Of a DNA stretch of 64,000 bases, positions 32,628 to 43,532 are shown in pieces. The position numbers were made by a program, and so were the translations under genes. The DNA is taken from contig CAVWLP010000002.1 of assembly GCA_963755915.1 (NCBI GenBank), forward strand, positions 320,001 through 384,000, given 5' to 3'. Position 1 is the stretch's first letter; each line of letters starts with the position of its first letter. Source of the stretch: an uncultured Phycisphaerales bacterium (lineage in GTDB: Bacteria > Planctomycetota > Phycisphaerae > Tepidisphaerales > Tepidisphaeraceae). Below the pieces are notes generated by a model. That model was not told the DNA's origin. It did no database searches and was given only the letters and a program-made list of their open reading frames with translations.

Positions 32628-34451
32628 TCACAAGCCGCTTCCCGGGGGGGGAGTCTGCGAAGCCTGCGGGCGGCTGGAGGCTGCTTTCATTCCCACAGCC
32701 ATCGATTGGAAAACCATGTCCCAGTAGGGATGAAGATCCATGGTGGCGACAATGTCGCTTCCCTTGAGGGTCAGTTTTTCCGATTGGAGGAATCGGGCCA
32801 CGGCGCGGCCCATGGGGGTTGCGGTTTTGGATTCCTCGGCCACCGTACGCGCGAGCCGCGCGTTGCCTTTTACGATCCCCGCCTGCGCCAACGCCGCGTC
32901 CGAATAATGCGAAACACCGACGAGGCACGGCGAAGTCGCCGGTGGCAGGACCATGCTGAGCGACGTCGACTCGACCCCGTCCCACTCATTCTCATCCTTA
33001 AACATTGGAAAATTCCCGCCAGCCATCTTCATGAACATGGAGATGATTTTCGGCATGTTTGTGGGAATGACGGCGGAGCGAATGGGACTGTCGCCGCCGG
33101 AGGCGAGGCCCGCCGCCAGCATATCCCGCGAGCCCGAACCGAGGGCCGGATCCCAGACCGGTGGATTGACGACGACGGCGTTGCCGATCACCGCAGGCGG
33201 CGTGCCACCAGGCGAGGTGAGATATTGGGACAGCTTCGTTGCCGCGTCATTGGAATCCGCCGGGAAAACCAGGGTGATGGCGTGGACATTGAACGGCATC
33301 GCCGATCCGGCGGGGGCGAAAAGCTGGTCCGAGCGGATCACCACATAGACGCTGGTTCCTCCTGCCTGCTGGAAGCCGGCGAACCACCGCTTGCCGTAAT
33401 TCTGCCCCATCAGGAGCATCTGGTTGATGCGCGGCCACGGCCGGGTCAGTCTGCGACTGGCTGAGCTCCGTGCGCATGTCGGTGGCCAGGGCGTCCAGGT
33501 CTAGCTTCGTGACATCGACCGCCAGGATGACGTCGGTGTGCGGGGTCACGTAGGGGGCAACCCGCGGATCGAGGCCGGGCGTAGTATTGTCCGGAGCCGG
33601 CGGAGGAGGCGGAGTCGGGGCAATCACCGCGGCCGGGGGCGTTGGTTGCTGCGCGCCGGTATCCGGCTGCACATTTGATTGCATCGCAAACCTCATCGCC
33701 GCGCCGATTGGGATCACCGCGAGCACAATCAGGACCGCGGCGATTTTCGCTTTTGCCAGGGCCATCATGGTCGAGGTTCCGCCTGCGATCGAAGAGGCCG
33801 CGCCCGAAGCGTTCCCCGGCCCGCAGCCGCCGGCAACGTGCGCGGCGCGGGACGGGTGATATGCGCCGCCAGCACGGCGCTCAGATCGGCCGTGGAAAGC
33901 ACCGACTTGCGGCGCAGGATTCTCCGCAGCTTTTCCATCGTGCGCACGATCCGTACCTTTGCCGCCCCTTCCGAGACGCCCAGCGCGGCCGCCACTTCGG
34001 GCATCTCCTTCTGCTGATAAAAGTGCAGCAGCACGGCGTCCCGGTCCTTCGAATTGAGCCGGCCGATTGAATCATCCAGCACCGGCGAGATTTCCTGCCA
34101 GGTCTGATCGGTTTGGGGCTGGTAGGTTTCGCTCTTTTGCATGGCAGCCCGCCTTTCGTGCTTTTCCCGCCGAGTGCGACTCCGAATGGCATTTGAGGAT
34201 GCGTAGCGCGTGACCTTGAAGAGCCAGCGATGCAGCGGCGCGCGGCCGATGTGTCCGGCCTTATCCGCCAGTATGAGGAAGACCGCCTGAACTACGTCTT
34301 CGGCCAGGTGCGGATCGTGCACCATGCGCACGGCCGCCCAGTAAACCCAGTCGCAGTGGCGCGAAACCAGCGTTGAAAAGGCATCCTGCGAGCGATAGGT
34401 GGCAAATGCCTGGAGGAGTGAAGCGTCGGATTGTTCTGTGATGACGTCCAT
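32628..34451 (-). CDS. ECF sigma factor with TM segment and long C-terminal extension (planctomycete type), frameshifted
   Basis: SQDAFSTLVSRH, AEDVVQAVFLILA, WQEISPVLD; continues via MMALAKAKIAAVL TM (33247..33768) into 32628..33419. Confidence 0.75.
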
Positions 34452-34503
34452 ATACCCAAGTATGTCCGTCCGTCCTGATCTGATACAAAAAAACCGGTCG
34501 CAC

Positions 34504-35079
34504 TTATCCGTGACCCGCCCCTGCGGCCCAGCGATCCACAATATCGCACAAAATATGCACCGTCAGCACGTGCATTTCCTGGACCAGCGAGGTGACATTC
34601 CCCGGAATGACGATGGCATGATCCGCCAGCGAAACCGCTTTTCCCCCATCCCGCCCAAGCAGGGCAACCGTCGTGGCCGATTTTTCCTTCCCAGCTTTCA
34701 ATCCCCGCAGGACGTTTTCCGAATTTCCGGAGGTGCTGATCCCGAAGACAACATCCCCCTTTCCCGCCAATGCCTGTACCTGCCGGGCAAAGACATCTGC
34801 GTAGCCAAAATCGTTTGCGATGCAGCTCATCGCCGGCCCATCGGCGCACAGGGCTGTTGCGGGAAGCGAGCGCCGGGTCCGCAGGAATTTTCCGATCATC
34901 TCCTCGGCGAGGTGCATCGCATCGGCCGCGCTTCCGCCGTTGCCGAAGGTCAGCAGTTTTCCCCCATTTTGAAAGGTCTGGCAGAGTAGATTTCCCACCT
35001 GGACGATTTTCGGCAGAATCTCCCCCGCCACGCGCTGGGTCAGGGCGGTGTGCTGCTCGATATAGGATTTGTAGTCCAT
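34504..35079 (-). CDS. gmhA: Phosphoheptose isomerase (SIS domain)
   Basis: GNGGSAADAMH, ANDFGY, ISTSGNS, VQEMH. Confidence 0.93.
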   Translation of the reverse strand: MDYKSYIEQHTALTQRVAGEILPKIVQVGNLLCQTFQNGGKLLTFGNGGSAADAMHLAEEMIGKFLRTRRSLPATALCADGPAMSCIANDFGYADVFARQVQALAGKGDVVFGISTSGNSENVLRGLKAGKEKSATTVALLGRDGGKAVSLADHAIVIPGNVTSLVQEMHVLTVHILCDIVDRWAAGAGHG

Positions 35080-35268
35080 GGCTCAATCTTCCAGCTTTGC
35101 CTTCCAACTCGCAACATCCAGCCAGTCCCCGCCAAGTCAATGCCAATTTCGGCGAGGAGAGGGCAGGGGTTGATTCCTCGATTCCGATGGATGACGATTG
35201 GTTTCATGCACCTTCGGCGCGATGTCCACGTCGGGAAACATCCACAGCCGATTGCTCCAGCGTGGGGC

Positions 35269-35649
35269 TTTAAATACAAATACAAAATGCAATGCAGGGG
35301 AGGCGGGAGACAACCCATCAGGCCCCAAGGTTTTTCTCCCGCCTCCCCCGCACCCCCTCCACCCACTTTCCCTTCCCCTAACCGTCCAACGCGAAAGGCA
35401 AAATGCGGAAGCGTTAGGCGAAGAATTAGCCCGCCTGGTCCCCGTGGGCATCGTGGCACGCGATTGCCAAATGGCCATCCTAAGCGTGTCTTTTGGGGAG
35501 GCGTTGAGGGGAAAAGGAAGGGGAGTGGGGAGGGTGCGGGAGGGGCGAGGGGGAAACTTTTGTCTTCGACCCTGAGCTCAGACCGAAGGGGGCCTTATAT
35601 TAGTTCCCCCTCGCCCCGCCCGCATTGCATTTGCATTTCGCCTTTAAAG
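35269..35649. repeat. ~380-bp non-coding element with two inverted hairpin arms (copy 1)
   Basis: Colinear with 58371..58749. Confidence 0.88.
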
Positions 35650-35795
35650 GAGCGCCAACCGGCCAACGCATTGGAAAAGTGTCGGGTCGTCATCCCTGAA
35701 GACTGCATCCAAGGTACCCTGTGGAGGTTGAATAACCTGGGATGCCCACAATTTCATAGACGATTCCCTACACCGGTTAAGATAAACACGCACCC

Positions 35796-36793
35796 ATGAT
35801 CTCCATCGTCATCCCGATCTTTAACGAGCAGGAAAACTTGCCCGAGCTTTGCCGCCGGGTCGCGGCGGCCCTGGAAGGGGAGGAGTGGGAAGCGATCCTG
35901 GTGGACGACGGCAGCCGCGACGCCTCGCCGAAGATCCTGGCCGACCTTCACGCCCGCGACGGGCGATTCAAGATCGTTACCCTCTCGCGCAACTTCGGTC
36001 ACCAGCCCGCCGTCTCGGCCGGCATCCATCATGCCGCCGGAGACGGCGTCGTCCTCATCGACGGCGATCTTCAGGATCCTCCCGAAGTCATCCCCCGCAT
36101 GATCCAGAAATGGCGCGAGGGGTTTCAGGTCGTGCTCGGACAGCGACGAAGCCGCGCTGAAGCTGGCGTGCGCGGGATCGGGTTTCGGATGTTTTATCCG
36201 CTGCTTCACCTGGTCAGCGATCTGCCCAGCGGGCCGGATGCGGGAATCTTTGGACTGATGGATCGCAGCGTCATCGAGCAATTCAACCGCCTGCCCGAGC
36301 GAAACCGCTTCATCCCCGGCCTGCGATCCTGGCTGGGATTCCGGCAAACGACCGTCGATTACGACCGCGCCAGCGGGCCGCGGGGAAACCGAAGCAGTCC
36401 CTCGCACGGCTCATTCGCTATGCCCTCGACGCCATGGTCAGCTTCAGCAACAAGCCGCTGCGGGCCGCGACCTGGCTCGGGTTTTTTGTCTCCTTCGTCG
36501 CCTTCTGCCTGGCGATTTTCTATTTCGTCACCTTCTTCGCCTGGCATAAACAGATTGGCGGGTTCACCACCGAAATCGTCTGCATCCTCTTCCTGGGCGG
36601 GGTGCAGCTCATCTCGGTCGGAATCCTCGGCGAATACATCGGGAGGATTTACGAAGAGGTAAAACAGCGCCCCCTTTACATTGTCCGCCAGCGCACGGGG
36701 ATCGACGATCGGCAAACCACCGGCGCAAAGAGAAGCCTCGGACATACGTCGTCCGAGGCTCCTGCGCCAGAAAACATTGGTAGTGGGTCGTAG
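35796..36793 (+). CDS. GT2 glycosyltransferase (GtrB/ArnC-like), frameshift near 36375
   Basis: VIPIFNE, VDDGSRD, SRNFGHQ, DGDLQDPP; two TMs and GEYIGRIYEEVKQRPLY. Confidence 0.9.
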
Positions 36794-36799
36794 AGCGAT

Positions 36800-37137
36800 T
36801 TACCGCCAGTGGCCGCCCCAATACGCCGGCCGGCCGTAATACCCGCCATGCCAGTAGTAGTGCGGGCCGTAATAGCCGTAGTGATAGACCGGCGCGGGGG
36901 CGTAATAGCTAACCACAGGCGCGGATGCCACAACCACAACCGGCGCGGCGCCGGAACCACCACAGGGGCGGGCGCAACCACCACCGGCACAGGCGGCGGA
37001 GCGATGACGACCGGCGCCGGGGCAACCACCACGGGGACCGGGGCGAAGAATCCGAATCCCCAAAATGGCCGGGCCGACGCAAAACTCGGGGCGGCCGCAA
37101 GTAATCCCGTCGCAGCTAACATTGCAAGGCGTTTCAT
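36800..37137 (-). CDS. Small exported Pro/Val- and Tyr/Gly-rich protein, one frameshift
   Basis: Signal peptide MKRLAMLAA..., APVVV repeats, YYGPHYYWHGGYY tail. Confidence 0.65.
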
Positions 37138-37230
37138 GGCTTGTCTCCTTTCAATAATGTCGTACGGGAGATAAACGCGACGGGCGGGGCCCAAAACTGC
37201 AACGGTTATAAGTTATTGAAAGCGTTGTAA

Positions 37231-38652
37231 TTAGCCGGCTGCAAGGATAAGAACCGTTAGAAGCAGGGCATTATTGAAGGCATGGGCCGCCATGGATGCG
37301 ACCAAGCTGTTCCGGTGTATCCGGATCATCGCCAGCACAAATCCAATCGACGCCAGGACCGGTAGTGCGGTCCATCCCTGCGGATGGATCGCCGCGAAGA
37401 CCACGCTGACGACGATCGCCGCCAGAATCCGCGGCCAGCGCACCGTCAGTTGCCGCAGCAGCATCCCCCGGAACATCAGCTCTTCCGTCACCGGCGCAAA
37501 GACGCAGGCGAGGAACAGTAGCAGCAGTCGAATCCATCCCCCTTCGCTAATTTCAAATTCGATGGGGTGGGTCGCGTGGACGCTGGTGAAGCGCGTCAGG
37601 AACATGAAGAGACCAAACCCCACCGCAATCAGCGGCATGCCGGTGATATATCCAGTGATGCCGGCGAAAATTTCGCGGAGAAAGCCCTGGCCGGCGTTCC
37701 ACCCGATGGCCTCGGCGAGGGTCGCGCCCCACACGCCACGGATTCGCAGCCAGATCAGCGCCCCTGCGACCGGAAGCAGCAGGAGGAGAATCAGGCCCGG
37801 ATGCCGGCCCGTGAGATCTCGCCCCAGGATGGAAATCGCCGCCATCAGGCTCAGGTAGATTGCAAACGCCTCCGCGAGCACATCTGACGCCGCCGGATCG
37901 GCCGTGGCGAACCTGACCGGATATTTCCCCTCGGCGCGGCCGGCCAGATAGAGCACCAGCAGCACGACCCCCGCGAACAGAAGCATTCCGCCGAGAACGA
38001 CCACGCAGAGGATGGTGATGAGCGTCAATCGCGCCGCTGAGACCGCGGCCTGCCGGGCGGCGGTGTCGGAGGGATCGATCTGCGAAGCCGCGAGCTGGCC
38101 ATACCAGCCGTAACGCTTCTTGAGGCCTTCAAGCTCGTCCCGATCAAAGCGCCCGAACTGGTATCCCATCTCGAGGGCGCTGGCGTCGTCGCGCAATTGC
38201 GGGCCGGCCGCGGACTCGCTGTATGCAAACCGCAGCGCTGCCGCCTGGGCCTGATCGCGCCCTTCCAATTCATACAGCACCGGAATGATCCGAAACCGGT
38301 CCAGCGGGGAGATCGCTTTGGAGCTGACCTGATCGACCAGCTTGTCCATGTTCGGTGGCGTCACCGAAATGCTCTGCGACATCAGCTTAAAGCCGACCGT
38401 GTACCGGCAGGACATATCGAGCTGCGGATTGGCGGTGAACTGCTGGCTCTGCACCTCTTCGCGAAATCCGTTGGCGGTTGCGATCATCACCGCCGCGGCG
38501 GCAATGCTGACGATCCACGCGAGCCAGACGCCCGCCGTCATCCCCGGCCGGCCCGGCCTATCATCCGGCGGAATCGGCATCGGCGGCGGAGTCGGCAACG
38601 GCGGGATTCCCGGCCATTGGCTCGGCGCCGGAAATGGGGGGAGTGGATTCAA
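37231..38652 (-). CDS. CPBP (CAAX/Abi) intramembrane metalloprotease
   Basis: APVTEELMFRG, FAAIH, AHAFNN. Confidence 0.88.
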   Translation of the reverse strand: MNPLPPFPAPSQWPGIPPLPTPPPMPIPPDDRPGRPGMTAGVWLAWIVSIAAAAVMIATANGFREEVQSQQFTANPQLDMSCRYTVGFKLMSQSISVTPPNMDKLVDQVSSKAISPLDRFRIIPVLYELEGRDQAQAAALRFAYSESAAGPQLRDDASALEMGYQFGRFDRDELEGLKKRYGWYGQLAASQIDPSDTAARQAAVSAARLTLITILCVVVLGGMLLFAGVVLLVLYLAGRAEGKYPVRFATADPAASDVLAEAFAIYLSLMAAISILGRDLTGRHPGLILLLLLPVAGALIWLRIRGVWGATLAEAIGWNAGQGFLREIFAGITGYITGMPLIAVGFGLFMFLTRFTSVHATHPIEFEISEGGWIRLLLLFLACVFAPVTEELMFRGMLLRQLTVRWPRILAAIVVSVVFAAIHPQGWTALPVLASIGFVLAMIRIHRNSLVASMAAHAFNNALLLTVLILAAG

Positions 38653-39773
38653 GCGTTTCTTTCCAGGACGAGGTTGTCGCGATGGACCACCTCATCGTAA
38701 GCCGCCTCCGCCAGAAGCTCCCGCACCTCGCGGGTTTTTTTCCCGCGGATCAGCTCCAGTTGCCCCGACCCGTAATTGCTCAGCCCGCGGGCGATTAGTT
38801 TTCCATCGGACCCGGCAATCCCCACCACATCGCCGCGAACGAAATCCCCCTGGATTTTCACGATTCCGGCGGGAAGAAGGCTCTTGTTGTGCTCGGCCAG
38901 GGCCTTACGCGCCCCGTCATCCACAAAGACCGTCCCGGCCGGGCGCACGGCGCCGATCCATCGGCTGCGCGACGAACGCTTTTTCGCCGCCTCGGTGGCA
39001 AAGAGCGTCCCTAGCTCCTCCCCCGCCAGAAGTCGCGGGAGAATCCGCTCCATCCGTCCATCCGCGACGATCATCGCATCCCCCGCATCATTCAGCGTCC
39101 GGGCCGCCAGGAGCTTCGAATCCATCCCCCCCCTTCCCAGCGGCGATTTTTCTTCGCGGATCAGATCGCGGATATCCTCGGCGCATTTCACCAGCCGGAC
39201 CGATTCGTTGTCTTTCCCCAGCACGCCGTCCACTACGCTCAGGAGCACGAGCAGATCCGCCCGCAGCGCGTGCGAAAGCAGGGCCGCGAGAATGTCGTTG
39301 TCCCCAAAACTGATTTGCACCAGTTCGGCCGTGCTGACCGAGTCGTTTTCGTTAACGATCGGAATGCAGTTCATATCGTGCGCGGCAAGGATGGTGTTGC
39401 GAAGATTCAAGAATCTCGTCCGGTCGTCGATGTCCTCGCGGGTGATGAGGAGCTGCGCCACGGGCAGCTTGTGCGGGGCAAACGCCGCCGCCCAGACGTC
39501 CATCAGCCGCCGCTGCCCCACGGCGGCGACGGCCTGGAGCTTGGCAAGATCGGTCGGGCGAGAAGAGAGCCCCAGTTCGCCCAGGCCGCATCCGATGGCG
39601 CCGGAGCTGACGATGGTCACGCGAATCCCTTTTTCACGCAGCTCCGCCACCTGGTGGGCGATCGTCGCCACAAGTGCCGAATCGAGCCGGCCGTTGCGGT
39701 CGCTCAGCAGTTGCGTGCCCAGCTTGGCGACGACGCTGCGAACCGACTGGAGATATTGCTCGCGCGCGCCCAT
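38649..39773 (-). CDS. proB: Glutamate 5-kinase with PUA domain
   Basis: KLGT, VSSGA, IVNEND, FGDND, GGMDSK, VVHRDNL. Confidence 0.96.
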   Translation of the reverse strand: MGAREQYLQSVRSVVAKLGTQLLSDRNGRLDSALVATIAHQVAELREKGIRVTIVSSGAIGCGLGELGLSSRPTDLAKLQAVAAVGQRRLMDVWAAAFAPHKLPVAQLLITREDIDDRTRFLNLRNTILAAHDMNCIPIVNENDSVSTAELVQISFGDNDILAALLSHALRADLLVLLSVVDGVLGKDNESVRLVKCAEDIRDLIREEKSPLGRGGMDSKLLAARTLNDAGDAMIVADGRMERILPRLLAGEELGTLFATEAAKKRSSRSRWIGAVRPAGTVFVDDGARKALAEHNKSLLPAGIVKIQGDFVRGDVVGIAGSDGKLIARGLSNYGSGQLELIRGKKTREVRELLAEAAYDEVVHRDNLVLERNA

Positions 39774-39779
39774 AGCCGC

Positions 39780-40256
39780 TTAGAACCACGCCTTCTTTTC
39801 GGTCAGATACGTCTGGTAAAATTCGGCGTCGCTGCGGGTGAGGTAGATGATTCCCTCCACGATGGCAATGACGTGCATGATGGGGAAGCCGATACCGGTG
39901 AATGAGAGCACCAGCATTATTATGCCGGCCTTGTTGGCTCCAATGATGAATTTGTGAACGCCCAGCCAGCCGACGAGGATGGCGCAGATTCCGGTGGCCA
40001 GCTTTGTGCCGAAGACACCGCTCAGGTCATACGTCCCCGCGGCGCTCGCATATCCGCCGCCATATTGATAGGGACCGGAGTTAATCGGCGGAGGCGGCGC
40101 GAAGAGGTCGGCCAATTCCGGCATGCTGTCGGCCCGCTGCCACTGCGGCATCCCCTCCTTCCAGACCATCGTGTCGCGCCGCAAAGCCTGGGCAGCCAAT
40201 TGTTCCTTGGTGAAGGGACCGCGATGCTGATCGCCCATGGCATAGTAGTAGTTCAT
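39780..40256 (-). CDS. GYF_2 plus TM2 domain membrane protein
   Basis: GPF...VWKEGMPQW; LGVHKF...EGIIYLT. Confidence 0.85.
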   Translation of the reverse strand: MNYYYAMGDQHRGPFTKEQLAAQALRRDTMVWKEGMPQWQRADSMPELADLFAPPPPINSGPYQYGGGYASAAGTYDLSGVFGTKLATGICAILVGWLGVHKFIIGANKAGIIMLVLSFTGIGFPIMHVIAIVEGIIYLTRSDAEFYQTYLTEKKAWF

Positions 40257-40603
40257 CTGTCGCTCCCGGCCCGCCCCGAAATCTCCGCCTCGACCGCCCG
40301 CATTGTGGCGAGAATCGCCAAGGCTTTCAAACTCCTGTTAACCGCGCATTCGCCAAAAACCCCGTAAACCTTATAAGCTGTTGTTTTCAAACGACTTAAG
40401 GAATTATCGCTGTTTTGTATGTTAAAATAGTGAAGATATTCAAAGGTGATTACCGATACTCCTATTGTCGCAAGTTATCCATTTTAACATGCGACGCCCT
40501 AATACTGGCTCGGCGGCAGGGATGCCTCTGTTACGTTTTGTTACCTTTTGCTCCCTTTGGCTTTCGGAAACGCCATCGGCAGCACATTGTGAGGCTACTG
40601 CCC

Positions 40604-41377
40604 ATGAGCTTGTCCACCCCGTCAATGACTCTCGCCCAGCGTTACACCAAACCCCTTCTCGATGGCGACCGTGCCCAGTGCCGGCAGGTCATCGAGCATG
40701 CCATGTTCGAAGGCGCCAGCGCTTACGAGCTTATCACGGAGCTGCTCTGGCCGACCATGGAAATGCTCCAGCAGCACTACCGAGAAGACCGCATCACCCA
40801 AAGCACCCTGAACCTCGCCACGCGCCTGAATCGGAGCATCACCGACCAGGTCTCCTCGCGCCTCGAGCATAAACCCTCGAACGACCGAAAGGTCCTGATC
40901 TTCTGCGGCGCCGATGAGCCGGAGGAACTGGGTGGCCAGATCACGTCAGACCTCTTCGAAGCCGAGGGATGGACCACGCGCTTCGCCGGCGGCGGCGTGC
41001 CGGATGATGAGGTCCTCAAGCTCATCGGCGAGTACCGCCCCAATCTCCTGGTGATGTTCGGCACGCTTCCCAGCGGCGTCCCCGCCGTGCGAAAGCTCAT
41101 CGACTATCTCCGCGAAGTGAATAGCTGTCCGGAGATGCAGGTGATGTGCTGCGGCGGAATCTACAAGCGGGCGGAAGGGCTGTCCGAAGAAATCGGCGCC
41201 GACCTCTATGCCCCCGATGGCGCCGCGGCCGTGAAAATCGCCGGCGCCAACCCGACGCGGAAAGCGACCGTGGAACAGCAAACCGTCGGGCGTACGCGTC
41301 GAATCCGCAAAGCGGCGGCACGAAAAGCCGCCAGCGCCCAGCGGCACCTGATTAAGACGAACGACAATGAGGGCTGA
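40604..41377 (+). CDS. Stand-alone cobalamin-binding-like domain protein
   Basis: Helical cap followed by Rossmann-like domain (LFEAEGW, GGGVP, EIGADLYAPD). Confidence 0.75.
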   Translation: MSLSTPSMTLAQRYTKPLLDGDRAQCRQVIEHAMFEGASAYELITELLWPTMEMLQQHYREDRITQSTLNLATRLNRSITDQVSSRLEHKPSNDRKVLIFCGADEPEELGGQITSDLFEAEGWTTRFAGGGVPDDEVLKLIGEYRPNLLVMFGTLPSGVPAVRKLIDYLREVNSCPEMQVMCCGGIYKRAEGLSEEIGADLYAPDGAAAVKIAGANPTRKATVEQQTVGRTRRIRKAAARKAASAQRHLIKTNDNEG

Positions 41378-41390
41378 TTCGGCAGCTCTA

Positions 41391-41501
41391 AACCAGAATT
41401 CCGAAACCAGAAACCAGAATCAAATCCGAATGACGAATGACGATTCGGTCATTCGTCATTCGGATTTGATTCGGTATTCTGGTTTCTGGTTTCGGGATTT
41501 C
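41391..41501. repeat. Long heptamer-built palindrome between convergent genes
   Basis: gaatcaaatccgaatgacgaatgac / gtcattcgtcattcggatttgattc; relative at 51001-51122. Confidence 0.8.
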
Positions 41502-41504
41502 CTA

Positions 41505-42716
41505 CTAGTCCCTGATTTCCTGCCACAACTTACTCTGCACGATCTGAAACTGGGCGAAGCTGTCATTCAGATGTCCCATCATCCGCTTCACCTGGTCCGG
41601 ATCGGCGTTGGGGTCCTTCAAAACATCGCGCAATGAAGTGGCCGCGTCGTCCAGTTGATTCGCCCCCTCGGCAAACTGGCGGACGGAGTCATATATATTC
41701 AGATTCGCCACTTCCCCTTCCTTGGGCTGATAGAGCAGGCGCCAGGGACTGTGGCGGATTTCCAGGCTGGCGTCTTTCAGGTTGTCGCTGGTCGACTTGA
41801 GCCCTGCGATAATCGCGTTCAATTTCCCGCGGTTGTCGGTCAGGACAGAATTCAGCGTTCCGGTGGCGGATTTCAGATTCTTGGCCGTCGCCTGGACATC
41901 GACCATCGCGCTGCTGGCCCGGTCGATCACCACGCCGGCCTTGCCCAGAACCGCGTCGAGCTTCTGCACCACCTCGGGCAACTGCACCTTCAGATCGCCG
42001 GTGATGCGATTCAGATTCGCCACCGTCTGGTGGAAATCGCGGCTGGAAGGCCCGACGAAATCGCGGATGGCATCGAGCATTCGATCGGCCGCGGTGACGA
42101 CGGTTTCGTACCGGTCGATGATTTCCGGAATCCGCACCCGCAGGTTCTGGATCGTGGAGGTTGCTTCCATTCCGGTCGTCGTGAATGAATCGGATGTGTT
42201 GCCGAGCTTATCCAGGTCGGTGTTCAGCTTGACGGATGCAACCTTGACGTTGTCGACGATCGTCTTGATGTCCGGCTTAAGCGCCGCAAGCTGGTGCAGC
42301 AGTCCGCCAAGCTGGTCGGGCTGGCCCGCGATATATTCGTTGCTGGCAAGCGCCGGGCCGGTTCCGAATCCCTCGACGTTGATCGAGGAGGATCCCGTCA
42401 ACCCGCGCTGGACGCTCACGGCCGCGTTTTTGGTCAGGACATATTTCGACGGGATATCGATCAGCACGACCACCAACCCTCGCTCCGGATCGATCTCAAT
42501 ATCGCGCACGTTGCCGACTTTCACCCCGCCGATGCGCACATCATCCCCCGCCCGCAGGCCGCCCACATCCGCTTTCAGATCAAAGGCCACGGCATAGGTC
42601 GTGAACGATTGGGTAAATCTCCCCGCCCCGCTGATGGTGACGATGACGAAGATGATCAGCGCCAAGCTGACGATCATGAAGACTCCCGCCCGAAGCGAAT
42701 TGCGTTGCTTGGCCAT
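41505..42716 (-). CDS. mlaD: MCE/MlaD family protein with long helical extension
   Basis: TM, GLRAGDDVRIGGVKVGNV, heptad-rich tail, PWRLL. Confidence 0.8.
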   Translation of the reverse strand: MAKQRNSLRAGVFMIVSLALIIFVIVTISGAGRFTQSFTTYAVAFDLKADVGGLRAGDDVRIGGVKVGNVRDIEIDPERGLVVVLIDIPSKYVLTKNAAVSVQRGLTGSSSINVEGFGTGPALASNEYIAGQPDQLGGLLHQLAALKPDIKTIVDNVKVASVKLNTDLDKLGNTSDSFTTTGMEATSTIQNLRVRIPEIIDRYETVVTAADRMLDAIRDFVGPSSRDFHQTVANLNRITGDLKVQLPEVVQKLDAVLGKAGVVIDRASSAMVDVQATAKNLKSATGTLNSVLTDNRGKLNAIIAGLKSTSDNLKDASLEIRHSPWRLLYQPKEGEVANLNIYDSVRQFAEGANQLDDAATSLRDVLKDPNADPDQVKRMMGHLNDSFAQFQIVQSKLWQEIRD

Positions 42717-42718
42717 AA

Positions 42719-43529
42719 TCAAATCCTTTCCGGCAAACCCAGCAGGTCCTCTTCATACCCCCCGGCCAGCCGGCGGTCCGTCAGCGGACCCTTGGCCAGC
42801 CCAAATACAAACTGATGCACCAGCGGATCGGGATTGGTCGCGCATCTGCTCTCCGGTTCCGTCAGCGATGAATTTGCCGCGGTCCAGCAGCACCATCCGG
42901 TCGGCGATGCGAAACGCCGAATCCATCTCGTGCGTCACCACCACGCTGGTCACTCCCAGCTTTTTGTTCAGGTCCATGATGAGCTGATCGATCTCCGCGC
43001 TGGTCACCGGATCGAGCCCCGCCGACGGCTCATCGTAAAAAAGCACCTTCGGATCAAGCGCAATCGCCCGCGCCAGCCCCGCGCGCTTTTTCATTCCGCC
43101 GGAAAGCATCGATGGCATCTTGTCGGCATGCTGGCGAAGCCCCACCAGCTCCAGCTTGATCTTCACCATGATGTCGATCGTCTCTTCCGCCAGGTCGGTG
43201 TGCTCCCGCAGCGGCAGGGCGACGTTGTCGGCGATGCTCATCGAATTAAAAAGCGCCCCGCTCTGGAAAAGGACGCCCACCGATTTGCGGTAATCATCCA
43301 GCTCCGTTTCGCTCATCTGTTTCAGGCTTTCGCCGAAGGCGATGATATCCCCCGCATCCGGCATGATGTTTCCGATCATCAGGCGCAGCAGCGTCGATTT
43401 GCCTGACCCCGACCCGCCGAGGATCACCAGCGTCTCACCGCGAAAGACGTCGAGGCGGATGGCGTCGAGCACGCCACGACCGTCGAACTTCTTGCTGGCG
43501 TTCATGACCTGGATGACCGCATCGGCCAT
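42719..43529 (-). CDS. mlaF: MlaF/Mkl ABC ATPase, frameshift near C-terminus
   Basis: GGSGSGKS, FQSGALF, LSGGMKKR, YDEPSAGLDP. Confidence 0.88.
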
Positions 43530-43532
43530 GGC

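Noticed and set aside
40260-40600. Cobalamin riboswitch upstream of the B12-binding-like gene
   Set aside because: No recognisable B12-box or conserved GGGAA/GCCACTG elements.
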